Assembly (NCBI GenBank): GCA_951812395.1
Contig: CATOSD010000002.1
Coordinates: 546,442-610,441, forward strand
DNA: 64,000 nt
Origin: an uncultured Dehalococcoidia bacterium
Lineage (GTDB): Bacteria > Chloroflexota > Dehalococcoidia > Lucifugimonadales > CATOSD01
Reading direction: 5' to 3'
Position numbers and translations under genes: made by a program. Below the pieces are notes generated by a model. The model saw nothing but the letters and a program-made list of their open reading frames with translations. It had not been told where the DNA came from and searched no databases. Of the stretch, positions 47,904 through 55,818 are shown piece after piece (position 1 is the first letter of the stretch; each line of letters starts with the position of its first letter).

Positions 47904-48266
47904 ATGGATACGGTGCATGAGCAACTGACCAACAGCAAAACGATTGCGGTGGTGGGGATTTCGCTAAATCCGGAGAGGCCGAGTCACTACGTGTCGAAGT
48001 ACATGCAAGAGCAGGGGTACCGGATCATCCCGGTGAACCCGCTGATCGAGGAGGTGCTGGGAGAGAAGGCGTACCCGGACCTGAAGTCGGTGCCGGAGTC
48101 CATCGACATGGTGGACGTGTTCCGGCGGTCGGAGCTGGTTGGGCCGGTGATCGATGACGCGATAGAGGCGGGGGCGCGGTTCGTGTGGATGCAGGACGGG
48201 GTGGTGAACGAGGAGGCGGCGGAGAAGGCGCGGGCGGTGGGTATGAGCGTGGTGATGGACAATTGA
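47904..48266 (+). CDS. CoA-binding domain protein (YccU-like)
   Basis: 120 aa. KTIAVVGISLNPERPSHYV..GYRIIPVNP matches the CoA_binding_2 pattern. GGAGG RBS. Confidence 0.85.
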   Translation: MDTVHEQLTNSKTIAVVGISLNPERPSHYVSKYMQEQGYRIIPVNPLIEEVLGEKAYPDLKSVPESIDMVDVFRRSELVGPVIDDAIEAGARFVWMQDGVVNEEAAEKARAVGMSVVMDN

Positions 48267-48446
48267 ACGCTGCGAGAGCATCGCCGCCGGTTCGGCGGCG
48301 CGGCGGGCGGGGGTTCGCAGTCCAGGGAGTAGCGGCAGGAATAGAGGAAGGTTCTCTGCCAATCCCCGTACGAGAACGGGACATGGTTGACTATTGGTAC
48401 GCTCCTAGCAGATAATTTGTTCCAAGATCATACTGCGAGGCGAATC

Positions 48447-49331
48447 ATGTCACGCGCACCCTCCAAATTGTACCTTGATGTCGATAGCAATACACCAGAA
48501 TTCGATCTTCCGAAGGGCGTAATCAGGCGGCAACGTCAACGTATGATCGCTTTTGGGTGGTACGGAGGCAAGTATAGCCAGTTGGACTGGCTATTGCCGC
48601 GTCTGCCTGACTCGCATCACTACTGTGAGCCATTTGGCGGCTCTGGCGCGGTCCTTCTCAACAGGCTTCCTTCACCTGTGGAGACATACAACGACTTGGA
48701 CGGAGAAGTCGTGAACTTCTTTCGTGTTCTGAGGGAGCAGCGAGAAGAGCTTGTCGCACAGATTGCGCTGACACCTTTCTCCCGCGAAGAGTTTTACCTT
48801 GCGATCTCGAACCAAGGTGAGGGTGTCTCGGCCCTCGAACGTGCCAGGCGGTTCTTTGTCCGCGCACGGCAAGCGAGAACCGGGCTCGCTCAGACCGCAA
48901 CACTTGGCAGATGGGCGAACTGCAAGAATACTAGCAGAGCGGGCATGTCAGGCGTAGTCTCGAGATGGCTTGGCAGCGTGGAGTCACTGCCGGAAGTCGC
49001 CGAGAGGCTGATGCGCGTGCAGATTGAGAATCGTCCCGCGGCGGATGTTATCCGGCTGTATGATGGTGGAAGGACCCTATTCTATTGCGATCCACCGTAT
49101 CCGCACGGTTCCAGGGGAGACAGTCGGGCCTATGGCTATGAAATGACTGACGCGGAGCACATTGAATTGTCGAAGCTATTGCACGGAGCTAAGGGTAAGG
49201 TCGCTCTCTCTGGGTATAGGTGCGATTTGCTCGATGAACTTTATGCAGATTGGGATCTGTATCTGGCTCCGGTCAAACAATCCCACGCCATAAAAAAGGA
49301 TCGACAGGAAGCCCTCTGGACTAACTTCTAG
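48447..49331 (+). CDS. D12-class (Dam-like) N6-adenine DNA methyltransferase
   Basis: FGWYGGKYSQL, motif I EPFGGSGAV, motif IV DPPY (49089-49100). Start ambiguous (48387, 48447 or 48543). Visibly AT-richer than the flanks. Confidence 0.85.
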   Translation: MSRAPSKLYLDVDSNTPEFDLPKGVIRRQRQRMIAFGWYGGKYSQLDWLLPRLPDSHHYCEPFGGSGAVLLNRLPSPVETYNDLDGEVVNFFRVLREQREELVAQIALTPFSREEFYLAISNQGEGVSALERARRFFVRARQARTGLAQTATLGRWANCKNTSRAGMSGVVSRWLGSVESLPEVAERLMRVQIENRPAADVIRLYDGGRTLFYCDPPYPHGSRGDSRAYGYEMTDAEHIELSKLLHGAKGKVALSGYRCDLLDELYADWDLYLAPVKQSHAIKKDRQEALWTNF

Positions 49332-49347
49332 ATGGGCGCACCCAAGA

Positions 49348-50436
49348 ATGCCTATCGAATACGAAAGTGCCAAGGAGGTTCTTCGAGCGGCGTTTGATGC
49401 CGCGGAAGTACATCTGCTCTCAGATAATGCTCGTCCCGCTCCGTCGATGCAATTCTCCGCCGACATTGATGTTGTGTTCGGGTCCAGAACACAGGCCTTC
49501 AGAGAGGTTCTGCTCGGCTGTCTGCTTGCACGCATTCAGGACAAGGATATCAACGTGAGGATGCCTTACGTTTCACTGGGATCCAGTGCATACAACGGCA
49601 GGACTCTCGATGAACGCGTAGTAAATCCGACACTTCAAGAGAGAAGAATCCCATCGTCCAGAGGTCCGTTCCTCAGTGTGTTCCGGCGTATGGTGTCTTT
49701 CGTTCCTGCCACGAGGGAAGGTCTTCGGGACAAGACAGCATACGACGCCTTTTTGGCCATCATTGACTTTGTGGCCAACACCGAGCACGATGAAGAGCTT
49801 AATGCTGTCCTAGAGTATGTCGCTTTTCAGTTCCTGAAGTTGCGTGAAGCTGCCGGAGCGCCACTGACTCGTGTGCACCGCATGAGTCTTGAGCAGATCG
49901 CGCAGTTGAGTGCTCTCCTACTCGATACCCCTAGCGGAGGCAGGCTCCCCGTGTACATGGTAGTGGCAACGTTTCAAGCCATAAGCAGGCGGTTCACTCT
50001 TAGTTGGGACGTTCGATGGCAAGGGATCAACGTCGCTGACTCGGCATCGGGCGTCGGCGGCGACATTGAGGTGGCATCCGAGGGATCTACAATTCTGGTT
50101 GCAGAGGTCACCGAACGAACAGTCGACAGAAACCGCATTGTGGCCACCTTTAACTCCAAGGTTGGCCCACACGGAATCATGGACTATCTGTATTTCGTGA
50201 GCGATCCAACCCAACCGGAGGATGCCATGCAGCAAGTGCGCCGCTACTTCGCACAGGGCCATGAGATCAACTTCGTTGTGGTTGCAGAATGGATTTCGGC
50301 CGTACTCGCGACACTTGGCAGCGCGGGCAGGCTGGTCTACCTTGAAGCCCTTCTTGAACTGATTGACCGAGACGATACGCCAGTAGCAGTGAAGTCCGCT
50401 TGGAACGACAACGTCAGCCGGATCATTGCCGGTTAG
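49348..50436 (+). CDS. hypothetical protein, positional candidate for the cognate restriction endonuclease
   Basis: 362-aa ORF 16 nt downstream of the methylase, same strand and same AT-richer composition. Possible nuclease-like GGDIEV-x11-AEVTER segment. No family recognisable by eye. Confidence 0.45.
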   Translation: MPIEYESAKEVLRAAFDAAEVHLLSDNARPAPSMQFSADIDVVFGSRTQAFREVLLGCLLARIQDKDINVRMPYVSLGSSAYNGRTLDERVVNPTLQERRIPSSRGPFLSVFRRMVSFVPATREGLRDKTAYDAFLAIIDFVANTEHDEELNAVLEYVAFQFLKLREAAGAPLTRVHRMSLEQIAQLSALLLDTPSGGRLPVYMVVATFQAISRRFTLSWDVRWQGINVADSASGVGGDIEVASEGSTILVAEVTERTVDRNRIVATFNSKVGPHGIMDYLYFVSDPTQPEDAMQQVRRYFAQGHEINFVVVAEWISAVLATLGSAGRLVYLEALLELIDRDDTPVAVKSAWNDNVSRIIAG

Positions 50437-50472
50437 GGGACATTCTCTGCCAGAGTGACTCCTGCTAATGAA

Positions 50473-50973
50473 TCACGCATTGGCATCGCCGGCCGGGTCA
50501 TCCAGATCTATCACGATGGGACGCCAGCGGCCTTCGCGGAAGTGGCACCTAACCAAAACGTGCATTTTGGAAATCAGGCCGGGGTTGTTGTCGCGCAGGC
50601 GCTGATCGATTGCGCGCGCCGCTTCGGCGGGCACGCCCAGCAGCAGGCCGAGCGCGGCGTCGGGCAGACGCTGGGGCGATGTGTTCGGGCGGACGAATCC
50701 TACGGCTTCGTTCTGCGGTCCCTTTTCGACGAAGGCGACACTGATTCGGGTGCGCCTGAGGGCCGTGACTTCCCCGGGAGTGATGCGACCGGCTGACGCG
50801 GCTACGTGCTCGTTCACCAGGTCCTTCCAGCCGTCCTGGAGCGCCCATGCAATCTCGTACTCGGTGTGCTGGGCAGGGTCTTCGGAGGGACGGCTGGGAA
50901 TGTCGGACCGCAGCGTTACGATGAGCCAGCGCGGCGCCAGAACGAACACGAGCCACTTGAAGAAGAGTTTCAC
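50473..50973 (-). CDS. hypothetical protein with a hydrophobic N-terminus
   Basis: 166 aa, GTG start, no clear RBS. In a 20-codon sample, third-position GC favours this strand over the overlapping plus-strand ORF. No recognisable family. Confidence 0.45.
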   Translation of the reverse strand: MKLFFKWLVFVLAPRWLIVTLRSDIPSRPSEDPAQHTEYEIAWALQDGWKDLVNEHVAASAGRITPGEVTALRRTRISVAFVEKGPQNEAVGFVRPNTSPQRLPDAALGLLLGVPAEAARAIDQRLRDNNPGLISKMHVLVRCHFREGRWRPIVIDLDDPAGDANA

Positions 50974-51001
50974 GACTGCCGTGCAAACCCTGGCGCGTCA
51001 G

Positions 51002-52381
51002 CTAGAGTTTGCACGCCGCCAGCAGCGCGTCGAGGTCGTCTTTCGTGCTCATGTTCGCGCACAGCTCGAAGATGCGCTCGTGCGTGCCGCCGGGGGCGAC
51101 GTCCTCGAGCAGCCAGGTCATCTTGGCGAGCAGCTCGTCGTCGGACATCGGCGCGTCGGGGTGGCCCTTGGGCTGGTGGACTACCGCCTTCTCGGCGCGA
51201 CCGTCCGTTAGCTCCGCGACGAGCTTCACGCCCATGATGCCGTGTTGGGCTATCGCCTCGTCGCGCTCAGGCTCACGCACGAGCTCGATCCGGGACGCCA
51301 GGGACTTGTACTCGGTGGTGTCCCAGGGGTCGCCCTCGTACTCGCGCGCGGTCAGCCTGCCGCGCAGCAGGGCCATGGCGACGACGAAGGGCGTGCTGTG
51401 GTCGGCGGCCTCGCGGGTGGCGGGCGCGTAGGCCTCCGGCGAGCCCTGCACGCCGCCGCAGACGCCGTTGTGGCCGTACACGGTTAGCCTGGATACGGTT
51501 TCGGCGCGCACGCCGGCGCGGTGGAGCACAAGCGCGGCTTCGACGGCGGCCTGGGTGGAAATCTGCGACGGGTAGGACTTGATGACGTTGCGGGTGGTGG
51601 TCCAGCGCTCGCCCAGCTCATCGACGCGGGCGAGGTCCGTGGGGGCGTCGTGAAGGGGCGCGAGTCGGTCGAACGTCGTCTCCAGGGCGTCCTCGGACGC
51701 GGTGACGCCGAGCGCCGCCAGCTCCGCGGACTGGACCGCGCGCTGCGACGCCAGCCCGACGGCAACGGCCTTGATCATGGGGATGCTGGGCGACGGCCGG
51801 AGCCAGGTGTTCAGCACCATGCCCGTTGCGCCGGCGAGTCCGCAGGCGTGCACGGCGGCGTCCGGGCCGGCGCCGAGCAGGCGTGAGGCCACCACGGCCA
51901 GGGTCCACGGCTCCACGGTGATGGCGTGGTAGCCGCGCCGCGAGAAGTGGTAGGTCTCCGAGAGCGCGCCCAGGAGCTCGTAGTTGGCGACGACGGCGGT
52001 GACCAGCTCGTTCGCGTCGTGGCAGCGCGCCTCGGCCAGGGCGGCCAGGGCGGGTATGACGTCGCTGAAGTGGCCGCCCTCGCGCCCGGGCGTGGGCGCG
52101 AAGATGTCGTTGGCGTCCAGGTAGCGCACCATGGTGCCGTTGACGAGGGCCGCGGTGTCGGCGGGAGTCTTGTCGGCTGCGCCGATGAGCGTGGCGTCGG
52201 GAGAGCCGCCGCGTGCGAGGGCGTACTCGCGGGCCTTTACTACAGGTTCGGCGTGGTAGGCGGCGAGGGCGCAGGCGAAGCTGTCTGCGAGGTAGCGCCG
52301 GGCGGCGGCGACAGCGTCAGGCGGGATGTCCTCGTAGCGTAGGCTGTGGACGAACCCGGCCATTTTTTCGGCGACGAACAT
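51002..52381 (-). CDS. MmgE/PrpD-family protein (2-methylcitrate dehydratase-like)
   Basis: 459 aa. N-terminal ..FVHSLRYEDIPPDAVAAARRYLADSFACALAA.. is typical of the MmgE/PrpD family. Confidence 0.88.
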   Translation of the reverse strand: MFVAEKMAGFVHSLRYEDIPPDAVAAARRYLADSFACALAAYHAEPVVKAREYALARGGSPDATLIGAADKTPADTAALVNGTMVRYLDANDIFAPTPGREGGHFSDVIPALAALAEARCHDANELVTAVVANYELLGALSETYHFSRRGYHAITVEPWTLAVVASRLLGAGPDAAVHACGLAGATGMVLNTWLRPSPSIPMIKAVAVGLASQRAVQSAELAALGVTASEDALETTFDRLAPLHDAPTDLARVDELGERWTTTRNVIKSYPSQISTQAAVEAALVLHRAGVRAETVSRLTVYGHNGVCGGVQGSPEAYAPATREAADHSTPFVVAMALLRGRLTAREYEGDPWDTTEYKSLASRIELVREPERDEAIAQHGIMGVKLVAELTDGRAEKAVVHQPKGHPDAPMSDDELLAKMTWLLEDVAPGGTHERIFELCANMSTKDDLDALLAACKL

Positions 52382-52389
52382 TTTTCTAG

Positions 52390-52427
52390 ACCCCCATCCT
52401 AATCTTCCCCCTTCGAGGGGGAAGGGG
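52390..52427 (+). repeat. REP-like element copy
   Basis: acccccatcctaatcttcccccttcgagggggaagggg. Stem 52404-52411 pairs with 52417-52424. Lies between two co-directional minus-strand genes. Confidence 0.75.
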
Positions 52428-52444
52428 CTGTTTGGAAGGCCGTG

Positions 52445-52813
52445 CTATTCCAGCACGCTCTCTTCGTAGAGCTCGAAGCGCTGGCGAATCATGTCGCAGG
52501 CGTGGGCCACGCCCTGGAGGGTCTCTTCAGCGGTGAGGCCCTCGTGGAAGGTTCCGGTGATCGCGTTCTCGTCGAACGTCGCCGAGACTCGGGCGCGGTT
52601 GAGCCACCGGCTGTAGCCGCGCACCCAGTCGGCGAGGGGACGCGAGGAGTCGACGGTGAAGGGGACGTCGCGTCCGCCGTCGGTGTCGGTGACGGACAGG
52701 CGAAACGCCGTCGCGTCGCCGTCGGCGGAGTCGTTCGCGTCAATCTTGAACGCGACGCCCGCCACGGGAAAGGCGAGGTTAACGCTGACTTGGACCCCGG
52801 TTGAGTTTGCCAT
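52445..52813 (-). CDS. hypothetical protein (122 aa)
   Basis: GGAGGAA RBS before the ATG. Balanced, acidic composition. Sits between the crotonase and PrpD-family genes. No family recognised. Confidence 0.6.
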   Translation of the reverse strand: MANSTGVQVSVNLAFPVAGVAFKIDANDSADGDATAFRLSVTDTDGGRDVPFTVDSSRPLADWVRGYSRWLNRARVSATFDENAITGTFHEGLTAEETLQGVAHACDMIRQRFELYEESVLE

Positions 52814-52844
52814 TGCGGTTCCTCCGTTTGCTGCTAGTTCGCGT

Positions 52845-52869
52845 CTTCCCCCGTTGAAGGGGGAAGGGA
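52845..52869 (+). repeat. REP-like hairpin-only copy
   Basis: cttcccccgttgaagggggaaggga, lacking the CATCCTAAC module. Confidence 0.6.
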
Positions 52870-52876
52870 TTGTTGG

Positions 52877-53689
52877 CTATTGGACTGCCATTTTGTGGGC
52901 GCGCCTGGCGTGCAGGAAGGGCATGTTCTTGGACGGGTCGATGCGCCTTCGCTCGATGAACGCGAGCCGCCGTTCTTCGGATTCTTCGGAGCTGCTGTAC
53001 TCGGGCATGAACGTCGCGGCGGGGTTGGGGATGTCCTCCATGTAGTCGGTGACCTCATTGAAGGTCATCTTCTGCAACTCGAGGATAACGGGGCTGTTGT
53101 TCTTGATGAGGGCGCAGTAGCGCTGGACCTCGGCCTCGAGCTGGTCGTGGTGTACGATCGAGTTGGCGAGGCCCATGTCGTAGGCCTGCTGGGCGCTGTA
53201 CTGCTGGGTGAGCATCCAGATTTCGCGGGCGCGCTTCTGGCCCACGACGTGCGCGAGGTATGCCACGCCGAAGCCGGTGGCCGGGCTGCCTACGCGCGGC
53301 CCGGTTTGGCCGAACGTCGAGCGGGTGGAGGCGACGGTGAAGTCACAGGTGTAGGCGAGGATGTTGCCGGAGCCGATGGCGTAGCCGTCCACCTTGGCGA
53401 TGACAGGCTTGGGCATATTGCGGACCATGTCGTCGATGTTGCCTTCGCTCTCGCCGGCGTACTCTGGGCTGGTGCGGTCTTCGCCCTGGTCGCGGCCCGA
53501 GCAGAAGGCGTTCGGGCCAGCGCCCTCGATTATCAGCACGCGGATGCTGTCGTCATTGTGGGTGTCTTCCATAGCGATTATCATCTCGTCCGTGGTCTTG
53601 CCGCGGATGGCGTTGTAGACCTCGGGGCGGTTGATGATGATGCGGGCAATGCCGTCGCTCTTCGAGTAGAGAATGTCGGTAAACTGCAT
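52877..53689 (-). CDS. enoyl-CoA hydratase/isomerase (crotonase) family, MenB-like
   Basis: IIINRPEVYNAIRGKTTDEM..VLIIEGAGPNAFCSGRDQ and a C-terminal ..ERRLAFIERR.. segment. Confidence 0.88.
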   Translation of the reverse strand: MQFTDILYSKSDGIARIIINRPEVYNAIRGKTTDEMIIAMEDTHNDDSIRVLIIEGAGPNAFCSGRDQGEDRTSPEYAGESEGNIDDMVRNMPKPVIAKVDGYAIGSGNILAYTCDFTVASTRSTFGQTGPRVGSPATGFGVAYLAHVVGQKRAREIWMLTQQYSAQQAYDMGLANSIVHHDQLEAEVQRYCALIKNNSPVILELQKMTFNEVTDYMEDIPNPAATFMPEYSSSEESEERRLAFIERRRIDPSKNMPFLHARRAHKMAVQ

Positions 53690-53919
53690 GGAGCAGGCCT
53701 CCGTTGGGGATTACGTATCGGCCCGGCCCGGTAGGCCGGCGCGTTGGGGCAAATATAGCACAGGTGGGGATGCGGGGCCATGCCTTGCAATCGGAGGGGG
53801 CGGCACGATTGCCGTGCACATTGTGGTACGATTGTGGCCACCACGGCTCCCTCTTCCCGGCTGTCCCCCAGCTATTTTTCAGCGGCCCATCACGTTCGGG
53901 TCGCGGTGGAACGTTAAGA

Positions 53920-55617
53920 ATGCTACAGGTCCTGAACATATCGAAGCACTACGGTTCCGAGACTGTGTTGAGGGACGTCTCCTTCGCAGTCAATCCAGGG
54001 GAGCGTATGGGGTTGGTGGGGCCGAACGGTTCCGGCAAGTCCACGCTGCTGCGGATCGTCGCGGGGACCGAACGAGCAGACAGCGGTAGGGTAGCTGTTG
54101 GCTCAGGGATGACCAAGGCGTGGTTGCCGCAAGGATTCGAGGCGGAGCCGGCCCAGACGCTTGGACAGACCGTGCGGCGCGGGCTTATCGAGCACGCCAG
54201 GTCGTACGAACGGCTGGCGAGCGTCGAGGCGAGGATGGCCCGCGCGTCACGCCGTGACCTGGACGCCCTGATCGAAGAGTACGGCCGTGCGTGGGAGGAG
54301 TACGAGGCGCTGGGGAGCTACGAGGTCGAGCAGCGCATGGCCGCCGTGCTCCAGGGGTTGGGGCTAGGTGGTGTGTCTGAGGACACGCCTCTCTCCAGCC
54401 TCAGCGGCGGCGAGCGGACGAGGGCAGGGCTGGCCGGCGTCATTGCGGCTAACCCCGGCGTGCTGCTGCTGGACGAGCCGACCAACCACCTGGACATCTG
54501 GGCGCTGGAGTGGCTGGAGTCGTACCTGTCGGGATACGCCGGCGCCGCGTTGATCGCCTCCCACGACAGGGCTCTCCTGAACGGCGCCGTGAGCGGCATC
54601 CTGGAGCTGAGCAACGATGTCCCCGGAATCGCCGCTTATCCCGGCGGGTACTCCCAGTACCGGCTGATGAAGGAGCGCGAGCTGGAGAAGCAGACCGCGG
54701 CGTGGAAGGACCAGGAGGCGGAGGCGAGGAGGGTTAGGAGGGACATCGTTCAGACGAAACAGACCGCTCTCCGCACCGAGAGGTCTACCACGCACGACTT
54801 CTACCGGAGGCGGGCGAAGAAGGTGGCTCGCAAGGCCAGGGTGCGGGAGCGGCGGCTGGAACGGCTGCTCGAATCGCCGGACAGGGTGAAGCGGCCCAGC
54901 GCAGCGTGGAAGATGAAGCTGGACTTTGGCGCACCGGCTCGGGGCGGGACGCTGGCGTTGCGGTTAGAGGGTGTTGGCCACGGTTACGGCGGTCGCCGGC
55001 TGTTCCGGGGCGTGGACCTGGTGCTGGAGCACGGCGAGCGCGTCGCCCTTCTGGGTCCGAACGGCAGCGGCAAGTCCACGCTGCTCGGATTCGTGGCGAG
55101 CCTTGCCGCACCGGAGCTGGGTGAGGTGCGGGTCGGCGCGAACGTGAAGATTGGCTACATGCCCCAGGACCAGGCGGGATGGGACTGGAGTATGACGCCG
55201 CTGGAAATGGTCCGGCAATCGGCTGAGATGAGCGAGACCGAAGCCAGGACGCTGCTTCATTTGTACCTGTTCGAGGGCGACCAGTCCCTGCTGTCCGCCG
55301 ATAAGCTGAGCTACGGCCAGCGCTCGCGGTTGCTGCTCGCCAAGCTGGTGTTGGAAGGGGCCAACCTGCTGGTGCTGGACGAGCCGGTGAACCACCTGGA
55401 CATCCCGTCCAGAGAGCGGTTCGAGCAGGCGCTGGACGCTTTTCCAGGGTCGGTGCTTATGGCAGTACACGACCGCGACCTGATAGACCGGTTCGCCACG
55501 GCGATCTGGTCGATAGAGGACGGAACAGTACGGCGCTACGGGAAGCGCGGCGAGGTTGGCGGTGGGGGCTTGACCAGTAGGGCTTCACCCTCATCCCCGC
55601 ATCAAGTACGGGGATGA
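53920..55617 (+). CDS. ABC-F family ATPase (two fused ABC cassettes, no TM domain)
   Basis: Two Walker A motifs (GPNGSGKSTLL twice), two signature motifs (LSGGERTR, LSYGQRSR) and a charged linker. Start at MLQVLNISKHYG (53920), not the track's 53704. Confidence 0.9.
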   Translation: MLQVLNISKHYGSETVLRDVSFAVNPGERMGLVGPNGSGKSTLLRIVAGTERADSGRVAVGSGMTKAWLPQGFEAEPAQTLGQTVRRGLIEHARSYERLASVEARMARASRRDLDALIEEYGRAWEEYEALGSYEVEQRMAAVLQGLGLGGVSEDTPLSSLSGGERTRAGLAGVIAANPGVLLLDEPTNHLDIWALEWLESYLSGYAGAALIASHDRALLNGAVSGILELSNDVPGIAAYPGGYSQYRLMKERELEKQTAAWKDQEAEARRVRRDIVQTKQTALRTERSTTHDFYRRRAKKVARKARVRERRLERLLESPDRVKRPSAAWKMKLDFGAPARGGTLALRLEGVGHGYGGRRLFRGVDLVLEHGERVALLGPNGSGKSTLLGFVASLAAPELGEVRVGANVKIGYMPQDQAGWDWSMTPLEMVRQSAEMSETEARTLLHLYLFEGDQSLLSADKLSYGQRSRLLLAKLVLEGANLLVLDEPVNHLDIPSRERFEQALDAFPGSVLMAVHDRDLIDRFATAIWSIEDGTVRRYGKRGEVGGGGLTSRASPSSPHQVRG

Positions 55618-55618
55618 G
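55590..55618 (+). terminator. 9-bp hairpin overlapping the ABC-F stop codon
   Basis: CTCATCCCC (55590-55598), 11-nt loop, GGGGATGAG (55610-55618). Weak T-run, so it may be a REP-type structure rather than a true terminator. Confidence 0.35.
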
Positions 55619-55818
55619 AGTGAATGTACGTCAGTTTGGACATCCCGGCGACCTGCTGGATTCCCGCCACTCTCTGCCGCAACGCTCCCACGTCCGTTCC
55701 CGACGGCGACAGCACCGGAAGCGCTCCAACTGCAATCCCCAGGCGTTTGCCCGCGCGCTCAGGCCGCCCCATTCCACGCCTCCGGCTCAACGGGGCTAGG
55801 CCCAAGCACCGCGTTGGT

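Noticed and set aside
48395-50475. Imperfect direct repeats (cgctcctagcagataat at about 48398 and gactcctgctaatgaat at about 50457) as att-like borders of the R-M insert.
   Set aside because: Only about 10 of 16 positions match and gaps are needed. That is too weak to distinguish from chance without comparison to an empty site.
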